64,000 nucleotides of DNA from the human T2T-CHM13v2.0 reference genome, Homo sapiens. Position numbers and translations under genes: made by a program. Shown here one piece after another: positions 27,261 to 40,400 of the stretch (position 1 is the stretch's first letter; each line of letters begins with the position of its first letter). The stretch is from assembly GCF_009914755.1 (NCBI RefSeq), contig NC_060940.1. One strand, given 5' to 3'. Under the pieces are notes generated by a model, which saw nothing but the letters and a program-made list of their open reading frames with translations, was not told the origin of the DNA and searched no databases.

Positions 27261-28854
27261 AATGCTAATCAAGCATAGTGGCTGTGTTTCTTGCTTCCTC
27301 TAGTCCGCAGGTAGCATACAAATGTAATAAACTACTTATTCATATCACATCTATTTATTTTCTGCCTTATACCAAGCTTGTGGGATTCTATTAAATGCAA
27401 CATTTTTATACCTACACCTATGCAATACCCATTAGCATCACCTTCCTAAATCAGGGGAAATTGAGCCTGTGTAAGTTGGAGAAACTTCCTCAGATATAAA
27501 ACTCAACATTGAAGTCTGTATACCTCAATATCCTGCTCTCTTCTCATTTGTCTTTACTGCCTTTTATGTATGTGTTAGATGTTCAACAAATTCTCTTTTT
27601 TAAACTGAATTTAAGCAGTGGAGTAGTGTTTTGTTGAACAATAAATATGATATAGGACACTCTTCCTCCCTTTCATTTATGATCCTGTTCATGAAAAGGA
27701 GAAATTCTCTCATTGTGCTAGAATCTTAAAATAATGAAAATGCCACTTTCTACATTAAACAGAAACTGCAGGGAATCAAGGTGAATTGCATGAGACATAG
27801 AAAACAAGTGGGAAAGAAATCTAGTATAATTTGCCCTTTGTGTACCTTTATTATTTAGCGTTTGAGTAAATGATTCCCCCAAATATCTTCCCCTCTTAAT
27901 TCATGTCTCTAAAGTAGACATTTATGTCTCACCTTGTCAAGAAGGGCAAACTCTAACATAAATATTTCCCAAAAATGCTTCCCGCTTATACGTAAGCTCA
28001 GTCTGGCTAGAAATGCAGCTCACTTCATAAAGATTAATTGGTAGCTAACTTTGCATGCTGTTCTCTGAACTTGAGTGAAACCTCTCCATCAGGTATAGAG
28101 GGAATGACGGAAAAAGTGACAACAGAAGATGAATGCTATGTCACTAACCTTCAAAGATGACCTGCCTTTTCTTTCAAATTCTTGATATCTTAATACTTCA
28201 TTAATTCATCTCTCTTTGCCCTTGGTTCAACATTGTGCTATGCCAAAACTCATGTAAAACAATGATCTAATGTAATAAAAATGGCATTTTTCTTTCATGT
28301 AGATGCAAGCTAACTGGCATTTTTACAATCCACATATTTCCTTTGTCAGTTTTTCATTCTGTATTGGAAGTAATTGATAGGTATTTTTGAAGGCATGAAG
28401 GTTATTCTGTGTTCATTGTGATCCAAACTATTTTTAGAACTGGGGCGTTTGTAAAACAATTTCTGCCAGCTGACCAAGGATCACTGTGGCAGAAAGCAGC
28501 AAACTTGCATAAGATGTCACTGCCTCATCAGTTGGCTTTGAAAATTAGGGACTTACTCTATAGTCTTATGAATCAAAGACATTGATAGATGTAGTATAAG
28601 ATTACAATCATATTTTCCTTTTGACAGTCACATCATACAGCATGTTGTATTGCAATTAATCTCAATTAGCTGATCACAATTAAAACATAATGTTTATTAT
28701 TGCTGATAAACAATCATGACTCTCCTGTTCTCAAATGTGCAAGTAATTCTTGTAATTTTAATACAAATTTGCATATTATTATTAATTGATTTAATCTCAT
28801 TGGATTTGGTTCATGGATCCAATTTATTAAAATATTGAAAATGGGATAATGACT

Positions 28855-29205
28855 TGAATCCCCATTTCATGTACACTAAAACAACAATTCTTACAATGGT
28901 CTGCAAGCCCATCATGATCTGCCGCATGTTAATCGCCAAAATTCTTTTATATCTTCACCCTTGATCTTACCAGTGGTCCTGGCCACCTCACTGTCCTCTG
29001 GACATGCCAACAGGCTGCTGCCTTATGACCAAGTCTGTAGTTAATTTCTTGGCTTGGAAAGATAGCCCTCCATATATCCATTGATCAGCTCATTCAACTT
29101 CCTCAAGTCTTTACTGAAACTTCACATTCTCGATGAGGCCTATTCAGTATTTCAAACTGCCTCCCAGCTGCAACATTCCAAAACCCCTTACTCTTCTGTG
29201 TATTT
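28855..29205 (+). mobile_element. L2 LINE 3' fragment
   Basis: CTTACAATGGTCTGCAAGCCCATCATGATCTG...CTTGGAAAGATAGCCCTCCATATATCC...CTTCCTCAAGTCTTTACTGAAACTTCACATTCTCGATGAGGCCT. Confidence 0.65.
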
Positions 29206-29211
29206 CTGAAA

Positions 29212-31715
29212 GGATTTATTGAGATATAATTTACATAGTGTAGAGTGCACACATTAATGTCTACATGTCAATGGTTTTTAGTATATGCACAGATAAGTGG
29301 AGCCATCATCACAATGAATTTTAGAGCATTTTCATCACTTCAAAAAGAAACCCCACCTTCTCTAGCTGTTAACCTCCTATGCACCCATCCCCTACTCAAT
29401 CCTAAGCAACCACAAATCTGTTTTCTGTCTCTATAGATTTTCCTATTCTGTTTTCATCTAAATAGAATCATACAATAGGTGACCTTTTCTGCCTGGCTTC
29501 TTTCAGTTGGCATAATGCTATCAAGGTTCATGTACGTATTGGTACTTTATTTCTTTTTATAACTGTACAACATTCAATTTCATGGATAAAACATTTTGTT
29601 TATACAATAATATTTTTATTGACATTTGAGTTGTGTTCAGCCTTTGGCTATTTTAAATACTGCTGCTAAAAATACTTGTGTACAATTTGTGTTTGAACAC
29701 CTCTTTCCAATAATCTGGGTGTATACCTAGGAATAAATTTCTGGGTCATATGACAATTCTATGTTTAAGCCATCAAATTACTTTCCAAAGTGGCCAGTTC
29801 TCACCATAGAGTATCTAACTGTGGTTTTGATTTGTAGCTGCCTAATGAGTGATGCTATAGAGTATCTTTTTATGGGATTATTGACCGTTCTTGTATCTTC
29901 TTGGAAAACACATCTATTCCTATCATTTATCAGTTTTGAGTTGGGGTATTTGTTACTGAGTTAAAACAATTTTTCTATATTCAAGATACATATATATACA
30001 GACATATAGATACGTGTTTTTCAAATATCTTCTCACAATTTTGAGCTGCCTTTTGACTTGCTTGGTTGTCCTTTGAAACACCAATGTCTTTAATTTTTAA
30101 GAAATTTTAAATATCTAATTTTTATTTTGTTGCTCATGTTTTTGGGGTTACAGCTATTTCTTTTCTAGATCCAAAATCCTGAAGATTTTCCCATATGGTT
30201 TATTCTAGCTCTCGCATGTGTGTCCTTAATTCATTTGAGTTAATATTTTTGTATGCTTTGGGGTAAGGGTTCGAATTTATTATTTTGCAAGTGGTGATCC
30301 AAGTGTACGTTGTTGACCCAGTTTGTTCAAAGACTGTCTCTTCATCATTGAATTGCACATGGCACCCCTGTAAGAATCCATTGACTATAGACACATAGTT
30401 TTATATATGGACTGTCAATTTTCTTCCATCAGTCTATGTATTTTTCCTTCATCAGTATTTTGTTGTCTTGATTACTGATACTCTGCAGTAAGGTTTGGAG
30501 CATGGGGGTGTGAATTATCTTAATATGTTTCCTTTTTTCAAGATTATTTTGGCTGTTTTGTGTCCCTTACAATTCCATGTGTATTTTAGAATCGGCTTGT
30601 CAGTTTCTAGACAGAAGTCTGTTGGGATACTTGCAGGGATTTCATCAAATCTGTAGTTCAAATTGTAAAGTACTACAATATTAAATCTTCTAATTCATGG
30701 GTGTAAGGTGTTTGCTAATTATTTAGATATTCTTTAAACAATAATTTTTAATTTTCAGAGTGAACTCTTTTATCACGTTTTCCAAATTAATTATTATTTC
30801 TTTTTTGATGCTATTTTAAATTGAAGTGTTTTCTTAATTTCATTTTGGGGTTTTCATTGTAGATGTGTGCAATTGATTTTTGTACCTTTATCTTGTATGC
30901 TGTAATATTGCTGAAATAATTTACTAGTTCTATCGTTCAGTGGATTCCTTAAAATTTTCTATATACAGGAATGTTATTTTCAAATAAAGTTTTATTTCTT
31001 CCTGTTCAATATGGGTGACTCTTATTTTTTTGGTTGCCGATTTGCCCTGCATGAAATCTTTAGTACAGTGTTGACTAGAAGAGGTCAAAGTAAATATCTT
31101 ATTCTTATCTTTGACCATAGCTGGAAAGCATCCTTTACCATTAAGTTGCATGCTTGCTGCTGGTTTTCCACAGGTGCCATGTATCTGGTGTAGAAAGTTA
31201 TTCCTGGTTCACTGAGTTTTTATTTTTATTTTTAATCATTAAACAATTTGGATTTTGTTAAATGTCTTTTCCGAATCTATCGAGATGATCATGCAATTCT
31301 CGTTTCTTATTCTATGGATAAGATGTATTACCTTAATGGATTTTGGGCTGTTAAACCAACCTGGGATTACTTGTATAAATTTCACTTTGCCATAGTGTAT
31401 AATTCTTTATATGTTGCTAGATCTGATTTGTTAGTATTTTTTAAGGAATTTTGCATTTATACTTATAGTAGTTTTATTTTTCTATGCTATTTGGACTAAT
31501 TTTTATATCAAGGTAACACTGGCCGCACAGAATAAATTGGGAAGTGAATATTTCTCTCTTTTAAAAAAGCTAGTCAAGAATTAGTATCAATTATTCAACA
31601 CTAATAAATATTATATTATAAATTATTAATATCTCTAATTTTTACTTTCTTCCTCTGCTTGCTTTAGGTTTAGTTTGTCATTCTTTCCAGTGCCTTAATG
31701 ATGAAGGTCATCTTA
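29212..31715 (-). mobile_element. L1MB-type element: 3' UTR plus degenerate ORF2 (RT region)
   Basis: Starts TTTATTGAGATATAATTTACATA and contains AACCACAAATCTGTTTTCTGTCTCTATAGATT. ORF 30930-31151(-) ends IRVTHIEQEEIKLYLKITFLYIENFKEST, similar to L1 RT [27 protein letters not shown]; the catalytic FADD is lost. Confidence 0.85.
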
Positions 31716-31759
31716 TCTCATCCTTTCCTTTGTCTTTTGATTTTCTAAATAGTGTCTTT

Positions 31760-32160
31760 TAGCATCAGGTGAGCTCCCCAGGTTGGTAGTACTCCATGTT
31801 TATTGCTGTACAACAGTGACAGGTAATATGTCCTGAAGACAATGGAAACTTAACATTCAAAATCTCCTAGATTCCACCTTATATGATATGTCTCTTCAAT
31901 TGGTCCTAATTTCTACCCTTTCTGTATTATAAACCATGAGTACAATGGCATTCTATGAGTTCTGTGAGTCTTTCTGGTAAATTCTTGAAACTGAGGGTGT
32001 TCAGGGGAAACCCCTGAACTGGCAGTTGGTGTCAGAAGTGAGAATCGTCTTATATGGCCTCTTCCTTTGAACTTTGCAGCTGGACGCAAACTCTGCACAA
32101 TTTGGGCCAGAAGTCTCGTGTTGACTTTGCAGCCTAAAGCATCTTGTAGTTTGTCTAACC
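31760..32160 (+). mobile_element. ERVL LTR 3' part, MER21C/MER77-like
   Basis: GGTGAGCTCCCCAGGTTGG...TGAGTTCTGTGAGTCTTTCTGGTAAATTCTTGAAACTGAGGGTG...AAACCCCTGAACTGGCAGTTGGTGTCAGAAGTGAG. Confidence 0.7.
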
Positions 32161-32671
32161 CTCAATAAATTTGCTTTCATCAAATATTGTATTTGTTACC
32201 CCAAAATTACCATCACGTTTTTTTTCTCCAAATAACTAACATTGGGAGAAATAGCCAGCTGAGTCTGTAACTCAACAGAAACAAGTGATCCATATACCAT
32301 ATACCATATAAGTGGCCATTTCATTTTGCCTTCTTCCACCAAATCTTAGCAACCTCAACCATTGCCATGAGCCACTGTAGGCCTTCAAGCTACAAACAAA
32401 CAAGTATCTTTTAAAAACACTTCATACTCCCATTTGATACATTTACCAGCAAAGAGATGCCTACTTTAACTCTATGCAAGTGGCTCATATTCACGAAGTC
32501 TGTAGATATTACTCATGTAGTGTGAGAAAATCATCCCAGTGATGCCAGCACATTCTCCTTCCCATGATCTGCTTAGTTTGCAAACATATTCAGGTCATGG
32601 GTGAGAGATTTGTATTTCACAGTACAACAGTTTTATGGAGGGCATTGAAACTTACCTTGAACATTTTAGTA

Positions 32672-33013
32672 CAGTCACACATCACTGAATGATAGGGATA
32701 CGTTCTAACAGATGTATCCATAGGCAATTTCATCATTTTGCAAACATCACAGAGAATATTACAAACACCTAGATTGTACAGCCTACCACGTCTAGGTTAT
32801 ATGGTATAGCCTCTCTCTCCCAGGCTATGAACCTGTGTACTACATTACTGTACTGAATACTGCAGGCAATAAGAACACAGTGGTAAGAGGTTATGTATCT
32901 AAACATACTTAAACGTAAAAAAGTATGTAAAAATATGTATTATAATATCATGGGACCACTTTTGTATATGTAATCTGTCTTTGACCAAAATGTTATTATG
33001 CATGACATGACTC
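32672..33013 (+). mobile_element. Tigger3a (MER7A) TcMar DNA transposon, full-length non-autonomous
   Basis: TA|CAGTCAC...CATGACTC|TA with a TA target duplication; internal GGATACGTTCT, CTAGGTTATATGGTATAGCCT, TACTGTACTGAATACTG and ATGGGACCAC. Confidence 0.88.
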
Positions 33014-33283
33014 TATGACAAAAATAAAATAACACATTGTAAAAAAGTACACAGGTATCAAACATATTAATATTGTAAAATAAAAATATTTATTTAGTGT
33101 AAGAATTTGTAATGATCACAAAATATTCACAGCTTATATTTTAGTACAGTTTCAAATGCCTAGTGTAATTACTATTTATTTCTGTGTGTATTTTAAACAT
33201 GTATATAATAAATATTTTTCAGGTTCAACAATATATATCAATCCAACTGGCTCTTATAAATATTAGTTAAAATCAATTAGTAA

Positions 33284-33370
33284 ATATATATATATATATA
33301 CACACGTGTATCAGTCTGTATGCATGTATGTGTGTGTAAATGTAACTGTATGTGTGTGTAAATGTAACTG
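33284..33370. repeat. (TA)n/(TG)n microsatellite with a 22-bp tandem duplication (TGTGTGTAAATGTAACTG..)
   Basis: Read directly from the sequence. Confidence 0.85.
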
Positions 33371-34495
33371 GATGCATCCTAATATTTACCCTTACCTACA
33401 AGATTTCCAAGATTCATTTATTATCTTTAGATGATGTGCATTTAAAAATTTACCAAATAAAACTGTAATCGTGGAAAATATCATGATGTTATTAAATTCA
33501 TCTTGTGCACATAATTGTTTCTTTAAATTTTGTTTCTTGCAAAACTTGCGGTAATGCTCATGCACAAAATAATTTTCCAAATAAAAAATAAAAACATTTT
33601 CTCAGTCATTAATTCTTAAAATTATTTCTCCCCAATAATTAATGTGAATTAATTTTTAATTCTTAATTAAAGAATAATGTTGCCCTTCAGAGTTCTGAAT
33701 CTTTTGCATGTTGTATACATTTCACTAACTAGGACAACTTCTGGAATATTGGCATTAATTAATGTCACTCAGCAATTAATGATTTCAAAGAAATTAAATA
33801 CCATTCATATTCTGAATCACAAGGGTACATTGGCATCTAATTTAATCAAGCTCTTTGTATCATCATATACACTTTAATTACTGAACAAATATTTCTCTGT
33901 GTGAGAAAGATTGAGCAGGTTATTGTGCTTTTTTAAGATGCAACTTTTGCTTAATCTAGAGATAGGCAATGCTCCCTATAAAGGACAAAGAGAAAAACGA
34001 AAGAGCAATAGAGATGTGACAGGCATGGAAAAAGACAATACATTTATAAAACAAATAGGGCCACAGATGTTGATAATGGGGATCAAATCTTGAGATACTG
34101 ACTCAGTTTATAACCGCACTGTACAATACAGCAAATCATTTGTTACTTTTTTTACAAATGGAATTTAATTTAATTAAGATGAATACAGTGTTTTAAACAA
34201 GACAGGTCATCTTAAAATAAAGTAGTGGAATAAAGTGTTAAAACCAATGTTAAAGTCATAAACATTTTATAAAGAATTTTTGTCATGTAATTTAATATTT
34301 TTCTTTATTTAAAATCACCCAAATCAAAATAATTTTATCTTAATTAACAAATATTCATCAGAAGTTAACTAATTATTACTTTATAATACTAGGTTTAAAA
34401 GTTCTTAACTATATTTTTAATCATATATGCTTATACATAAAATAGACATAGGGTATATGTTTACATGTTCCCAATATTATATTGTAATTGTTCCT

Positions 34496-37400
34496 ATGGA
34501 ATGGAATGGAATCATTGAATGGAATTGAATGTAATCACCAATGAAAATAATCGAATGGAATCATAGTCAAATGGAATCAAGTGCAATCATCGAATGGAAT
34601 CTAACGGAATCATTGTCAAATGGAGTGCAATGGAATCATTGAATGGAATTGAATGGAATCACCAATGAATGGAATTGAAGGGAATCCTGAATGGAAACAT
34701 CAACGAATGGAATCAAAAGGAATCATCATCAAATGGAATTGAATAGAATCATCATATAATGGAATTGAATGGAATCGTGGAATGGAATATAATGGAATCA
34801 TCATCGAATGGAATTAAATAGAATCATCAGATAAAATTGAATGGAATAATCATCTAATGGAATCGAATTGAATCATCATTGAATGGAATTGAATGGAATC
34901 ATCATTGAATGGAATTAAATAGAATCACTGAAAGAGATTGAATGGAATCATCATCGAATGGAAACGAATGGAATCATCATCTAATGGAATCGAATGGAAT
35001 CATCATCAAATGAAACCGAATGGAATCATCGAATGCAACAGAATGGAATCACTGAATCGATTCAAATGGAATCATCATCGAATGGAATTGAATGGAATCA
35101 TTGAAGGCACTTGAAAGGAATCATCGAATGGACTCGAAAGGAATCATCATCAAGTGGAATCAAATGGAATCATCGAACAGACTCGAAAGGAATCTTTGAA
35201 TGGACTCGAATGGAATCATTATAGAATGGAACCTAAGGGAATCATTGAATGGACTCGAATGAAGTCCTCATCGATTGTAATCACAGGGAATCACTGAATG
35301 GACTCAAATGGAAACGTCAAATGGCCTCAAATTGAATCATCATTAAATGGAATCAAATGGAATTATCGAATGGACTCGAATAGAATCATCAACTGGAATC
35401 GCAAGCAATCATCGTTGAGTGGAATCGAATGAAAACATCGAAAGGACTTGAATGCAATCTTCGAATGGCCTCGAATGAAATCATCATCGAACAGAATCGA
35501 ATGGAATCATCACATGAACTCGAATGGAATCATCATCGAATGGAATAGAATGGAATCATCATCAAATGGATTTGAAAGGAATCATCTAATGAACACGAAT
35601 GGAATCATTATCGGACTGAGTAGAATGCAATCATCATCAAATGGAATCGAATGGAGTCTTCCAATGGACATGAATAGAATCATCATCGAATGGAATCGAA
35701 TGGAATTATCTAATGTACTCGAATGGAATCATCATCCAATGGAATAGAATGGAATCATCGAATTGATTCAAATGGAGTCATCTTCATATGGAATGAAGTG
35801 GAATCATCAAATGGACTTGAAAGTAATCATCATAGAAAATAATCGAATGGAATCATGGAATGAACTCGAATGGAATCCTCATGGCGTGGAATCAAATGGA
35901 ATCATCCAATGGACCCGAATGGAATCATCATCAAATGGAATCGAATGGAATCATTGAATGCACTCGAGTGGAATCATCATCGAATATAAACGAAAGCAAT
36001 CATCAAATGGATTTGAATAGAATCATCGAATGGCTCGAATGGAATCATCATCGAATGGAATCAAATGGAATCATCGAATTGACTCGAATGGAATTGTCAT
36101 CGAATGGAATCGAATGTAATCATCGAATGGACTGGAATGGAATCATCATAGAATGGAATCGAATGGAATCACTGAACGGACTCGCATGGAATCATCATCG
36201 AATGGAATCAAAGGGAATCATTGAATGCACGCGAATGGAATCATCATCGAATGGAATCGAATGGAATCATCGAATGGACTCTGAAGGAATCATCATCGAA
36301 TGAAATTGAGTGGAATCACCAAATGGACACAAATGGAATCATCATCGAATGGACTCTAATGGAATCATCATCGAATGGAATTGAAAGTAATCATCCATTG
36401 GATTCAAATGGAATTATCGAATGGACTCGAATGGAATCATCGAATGGACTCGAATGGAATCATCATCGAATGGACTCTAACTCAATGATCGAATGGATTC
36501 TAATGGAATACTTGAATGGAAACAAATGGAATCATCGATTGGACTCCAATGGAATTATCGAATGGGCTCAAATGGATCATCGAATGGACTCGAATGGAAT
36601 CATTATCTAGTGGAATCAAATGGAACCATCTAATGGAATTGATCGGAATCATCATCGATTGGAATCAAATTGAATCATCGCATGGAATCGAATGCAAATA
36701 TCATCAAATGGAATCAAATGGAGTCATCATCGAATAGAATTAAATGGAATCATCGAATGGAATCAAATGGAATCATTGTCAAATGAAATGGAATGGAATC
36801 ATTTAATGGAATTGAATGGAATAGCCAGTGAATGAAATCGAATGAAATCATCATCGAGTGGAATTGAATGGAAAAATCATAGTTTGGAATCAAATGGAAT
36901 AATCTTCGAATAGAATAAAAAGGAATCATCCAAAGGAATATAAATGAATAATCATCGAATGGAATCAAATAGAATCATCGAATGAAATTGAATGGAATAA
37001 TAATCAAATGGAATCAAATGGAATCATCATCAAATGGAACCGAATGGTATCACTGACTTAAATGGAATGGAATGGTCATGGAATGGAATCGAAAGGAATC
37101 ATTGAATGGCATGAAATGGAATCATTGAAGGGAATCAAATGGAATCATCGAATGGATTCTGATGGAATAATCATCGAATGGAATTGAATGGAATCATGGA
37201 AAGGACCCGAATGAAATCATCATTAAGTGGAATCCAATGGAATCATCGAATGAACACGAATTGAATCATGATTTAATGGAATCGAATGCAATCATCGAAT
37301 GGCATCAAATGGAATCATCATCGAATGGAATCTAATGGAATCAATGAATGGACAATAATGGAATAATCGGATGGGCTTGAGTGGAATCATCATCGAATGG

Positions 37401-40400
37401 AATTGAATGGAATCATTGAATGGACTTTAATGGAATCATCATTAAATCGAATCAAATGGAATCATCATTGAATGGAATCGAATGGAGTCATGATCAAATG
37501 GAATCACCAAATGGAATCGAATGGAATGATCATCAAAGGGAATTGAAGGGAATCATCAAATGAGAATGAAGGGAGTCATCAAATGGAATCGAGTGGAATC
37601 ATCGAATGGATTCGAATGGAATCATTATCGAATGGAATCAAATGGAAACATCAAATGGACTCCAATGTAATCATCATAAAATGGGAAAGAATGGAATCAT
37701 CAAATGGACATGAATGGAATCATCATGGAATGGAAGCGAATGGAATCATCAAATGGCATAGAATGCAATCATCATCATATGGAATCAAATGGAAAAATCG
37801 AATGTACTCAAATGGAATCATCGAACGGACATGAGCGGCATCATCATCAAATGGAATCGAATAGAATTATCAAATGGACTCGAATGGAATCCTCATCGAA
37901 TGGAATCGAATGTAATCATTGAACGGAGTTGGATGGAATCAACATGGAATTTAATCGAATGGAGTCATCGAATGGAGTCGAATGGAATAATCATCGAATG
38001 TAATCATTGAATGGAGTTGAATGGAATCAACATGGAATGGAATTGAATGGAGTCATCGAAAGGAGTCGAATGGAATCATTGAATAGCATAGAGTGGAATC
38101 ATCATAGAATGAAGTCAAAAGGAATCATCAACTGGACACGAATGGAATCATCCTCACACGGAATCGAATGGAATCTTTGAGTGGACTCGAATGGAATCAT
38201 CATCAAATGCAATCAAATGGAATCATCATCTAATGGAATCTAATAGAATCATCAAAGAATGGAATCACATGGAATCGTCAAATGGAATATAATTGAATAA
38301 TCGTTGAAAGGAATCAAATAGAATCATCAAATGAAGTCGAATGGAATCATAATCAAATGGAATCAAATTGAATCATCATCAAATGCAATTGAAAGGAATC
38401 ATCATTGAATGGAATCGAATGGAATCATCAAAGAATGTAATTCAAAGGAATCATCATAGAATGGAACCAAATAGAACCATCAAATGGAATCCAATGGAAT
38501 CATCAAATGGACTCGAATGGAATCATCATCGAATGGAATCGAATGGAATCATCGAACGGAATTGAATGGAATCATCATTGAATAAAATTAAATGGAATCA
38601 TCGAATGGACTCGAAAGAAATCATCAAGTGGAACCGAATGAAATCATGGAATGGAAACGAATGGAATCATCATCGAATGGAATTGAATGGAATCATCTAA
38701 CGGAATGGAATGGAATCATCATCGATAGGGATCAAATAGAATCATTGAATGAAATTGAATGGAATATCATTTAATGGAATCGAATGGAATCATCACCAAA
38801 TGGAATCGAATGGAATCATCATCAAACAGAATCGAATGGAATCTTCAACAAATGGAATCACATGGAAACATCGAATGGCATCTAATAGAATCATCATTCC
38901 ATGGAAATGAATGGAATCATCACGGAATGGAATCAAAATGAATCATCATCGAATGGAATCCAATGGGATCACTGAATTGAATGGAATGATCATCCAATGG
39001 AATCGAAGGGAATCATTGAATGGAATCAAATGGAATCCTCGAAAGGAATTGAAAGGAATCATTGAATAGATTCGAATGGAATCATCATGGAATGGAATCG
39101 AATGGAATCATCAAATGGATTCAAATGGAATCATCATCGAATGGAATCGAATGGAATCATCGAATGGACACGAATCGAATCATTATTGAATGGCATCAAA
39201 TGGTATCATCGAATGGACTTGAATGGAATCATCATCGAATGGAATCTAAAGGAATCATCGAATGGAATCACATGAAATCATCATCGAATGCATTGGGATG
39301 GAATCATCAAATTGACGCAAATGGAATCATCATTGAATGGAATCAAATGGAATCTTTGAATGGACTCGATTGAAGTCATCATTGAATGCAAACAAATGGA
39401 ATCTTCATCAAATGGAATCGAATGGAATCATCATCGAATGAAATCGAATAGAATCATCCAATGGAGTAGATTTGAATCACCATCAAATGGAATCGAATAG
39501 AATCATCAAATGAAATCTAATGGAATCATCATTGAAAGGAATCAAATGCAATCATCATCGAATGGAATTGAATGGAATCATCATCGAAAGGAACCGAATA
39601 AAAACATCATCAAATGGAATCAAGTGAAATCATCATCGAATGGAATCGAACGGTATCATCCAATGTAATATAATTGAAAAATCATCTAATGAAATCAAAT
39701 AGAATCTTCGAATGAAATCAAATGGAACCAACGTAGAATGGAATTGAATGGAATCATCATCGAATGGAATGGAATGGAATCACCGAATGGAATGCAATGT
39801 AATCATCATTCAACTGAACCCAATGGAATCATTAAATGGACTCGAATAGAATCATCGAATGGACTCAAATGGAATAATCATCGAATGGAATAGAATGGAA
39901 TCATCAAATGCAGTCGAATGGAATCATCATCGAGTGTACTCGGTTGGAATCATCATTGAATGGAATCGAATGGAATCATCGAATGCAATCGAATGGAATC
40001 ATCATCGAATGTACTCGAATGGAAACATCATCAAACAGAATAGAATGGAATCATTGAATGGACTCAAATGGAATCAGCATCGAATGGAATTGAAAGGAAT
40101 CATCAAGGGGACTTCAATGGAATCATTCAATGGACTCGAATGGAATCATCATCGAATGGAATCATCGAATGGTCACGAAAGGAAGAATCATCGAACGGAA
40201 TCGAATGGAATCATGGAATGGAATCGAATGGAATCATCATTGAATTGAATCTAATGGAATCATCATCGTATGGAATCAAATGGAATCATCAACGAATGGA
40301 ATTGAATGGAGAAATTGAATGGAACCTGTTGGAAACATCAACGAATGCAACCGAAATCAGTCGTCAGGAAATGGAATCAAATGGTATCATCATTGAATGG

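Noticed and set aside
27430-27545. Possible MIR fragment
   Set aside because: Only faint similarity (GGGGAAATTGAGCCT...); it cannot be supported by eye.
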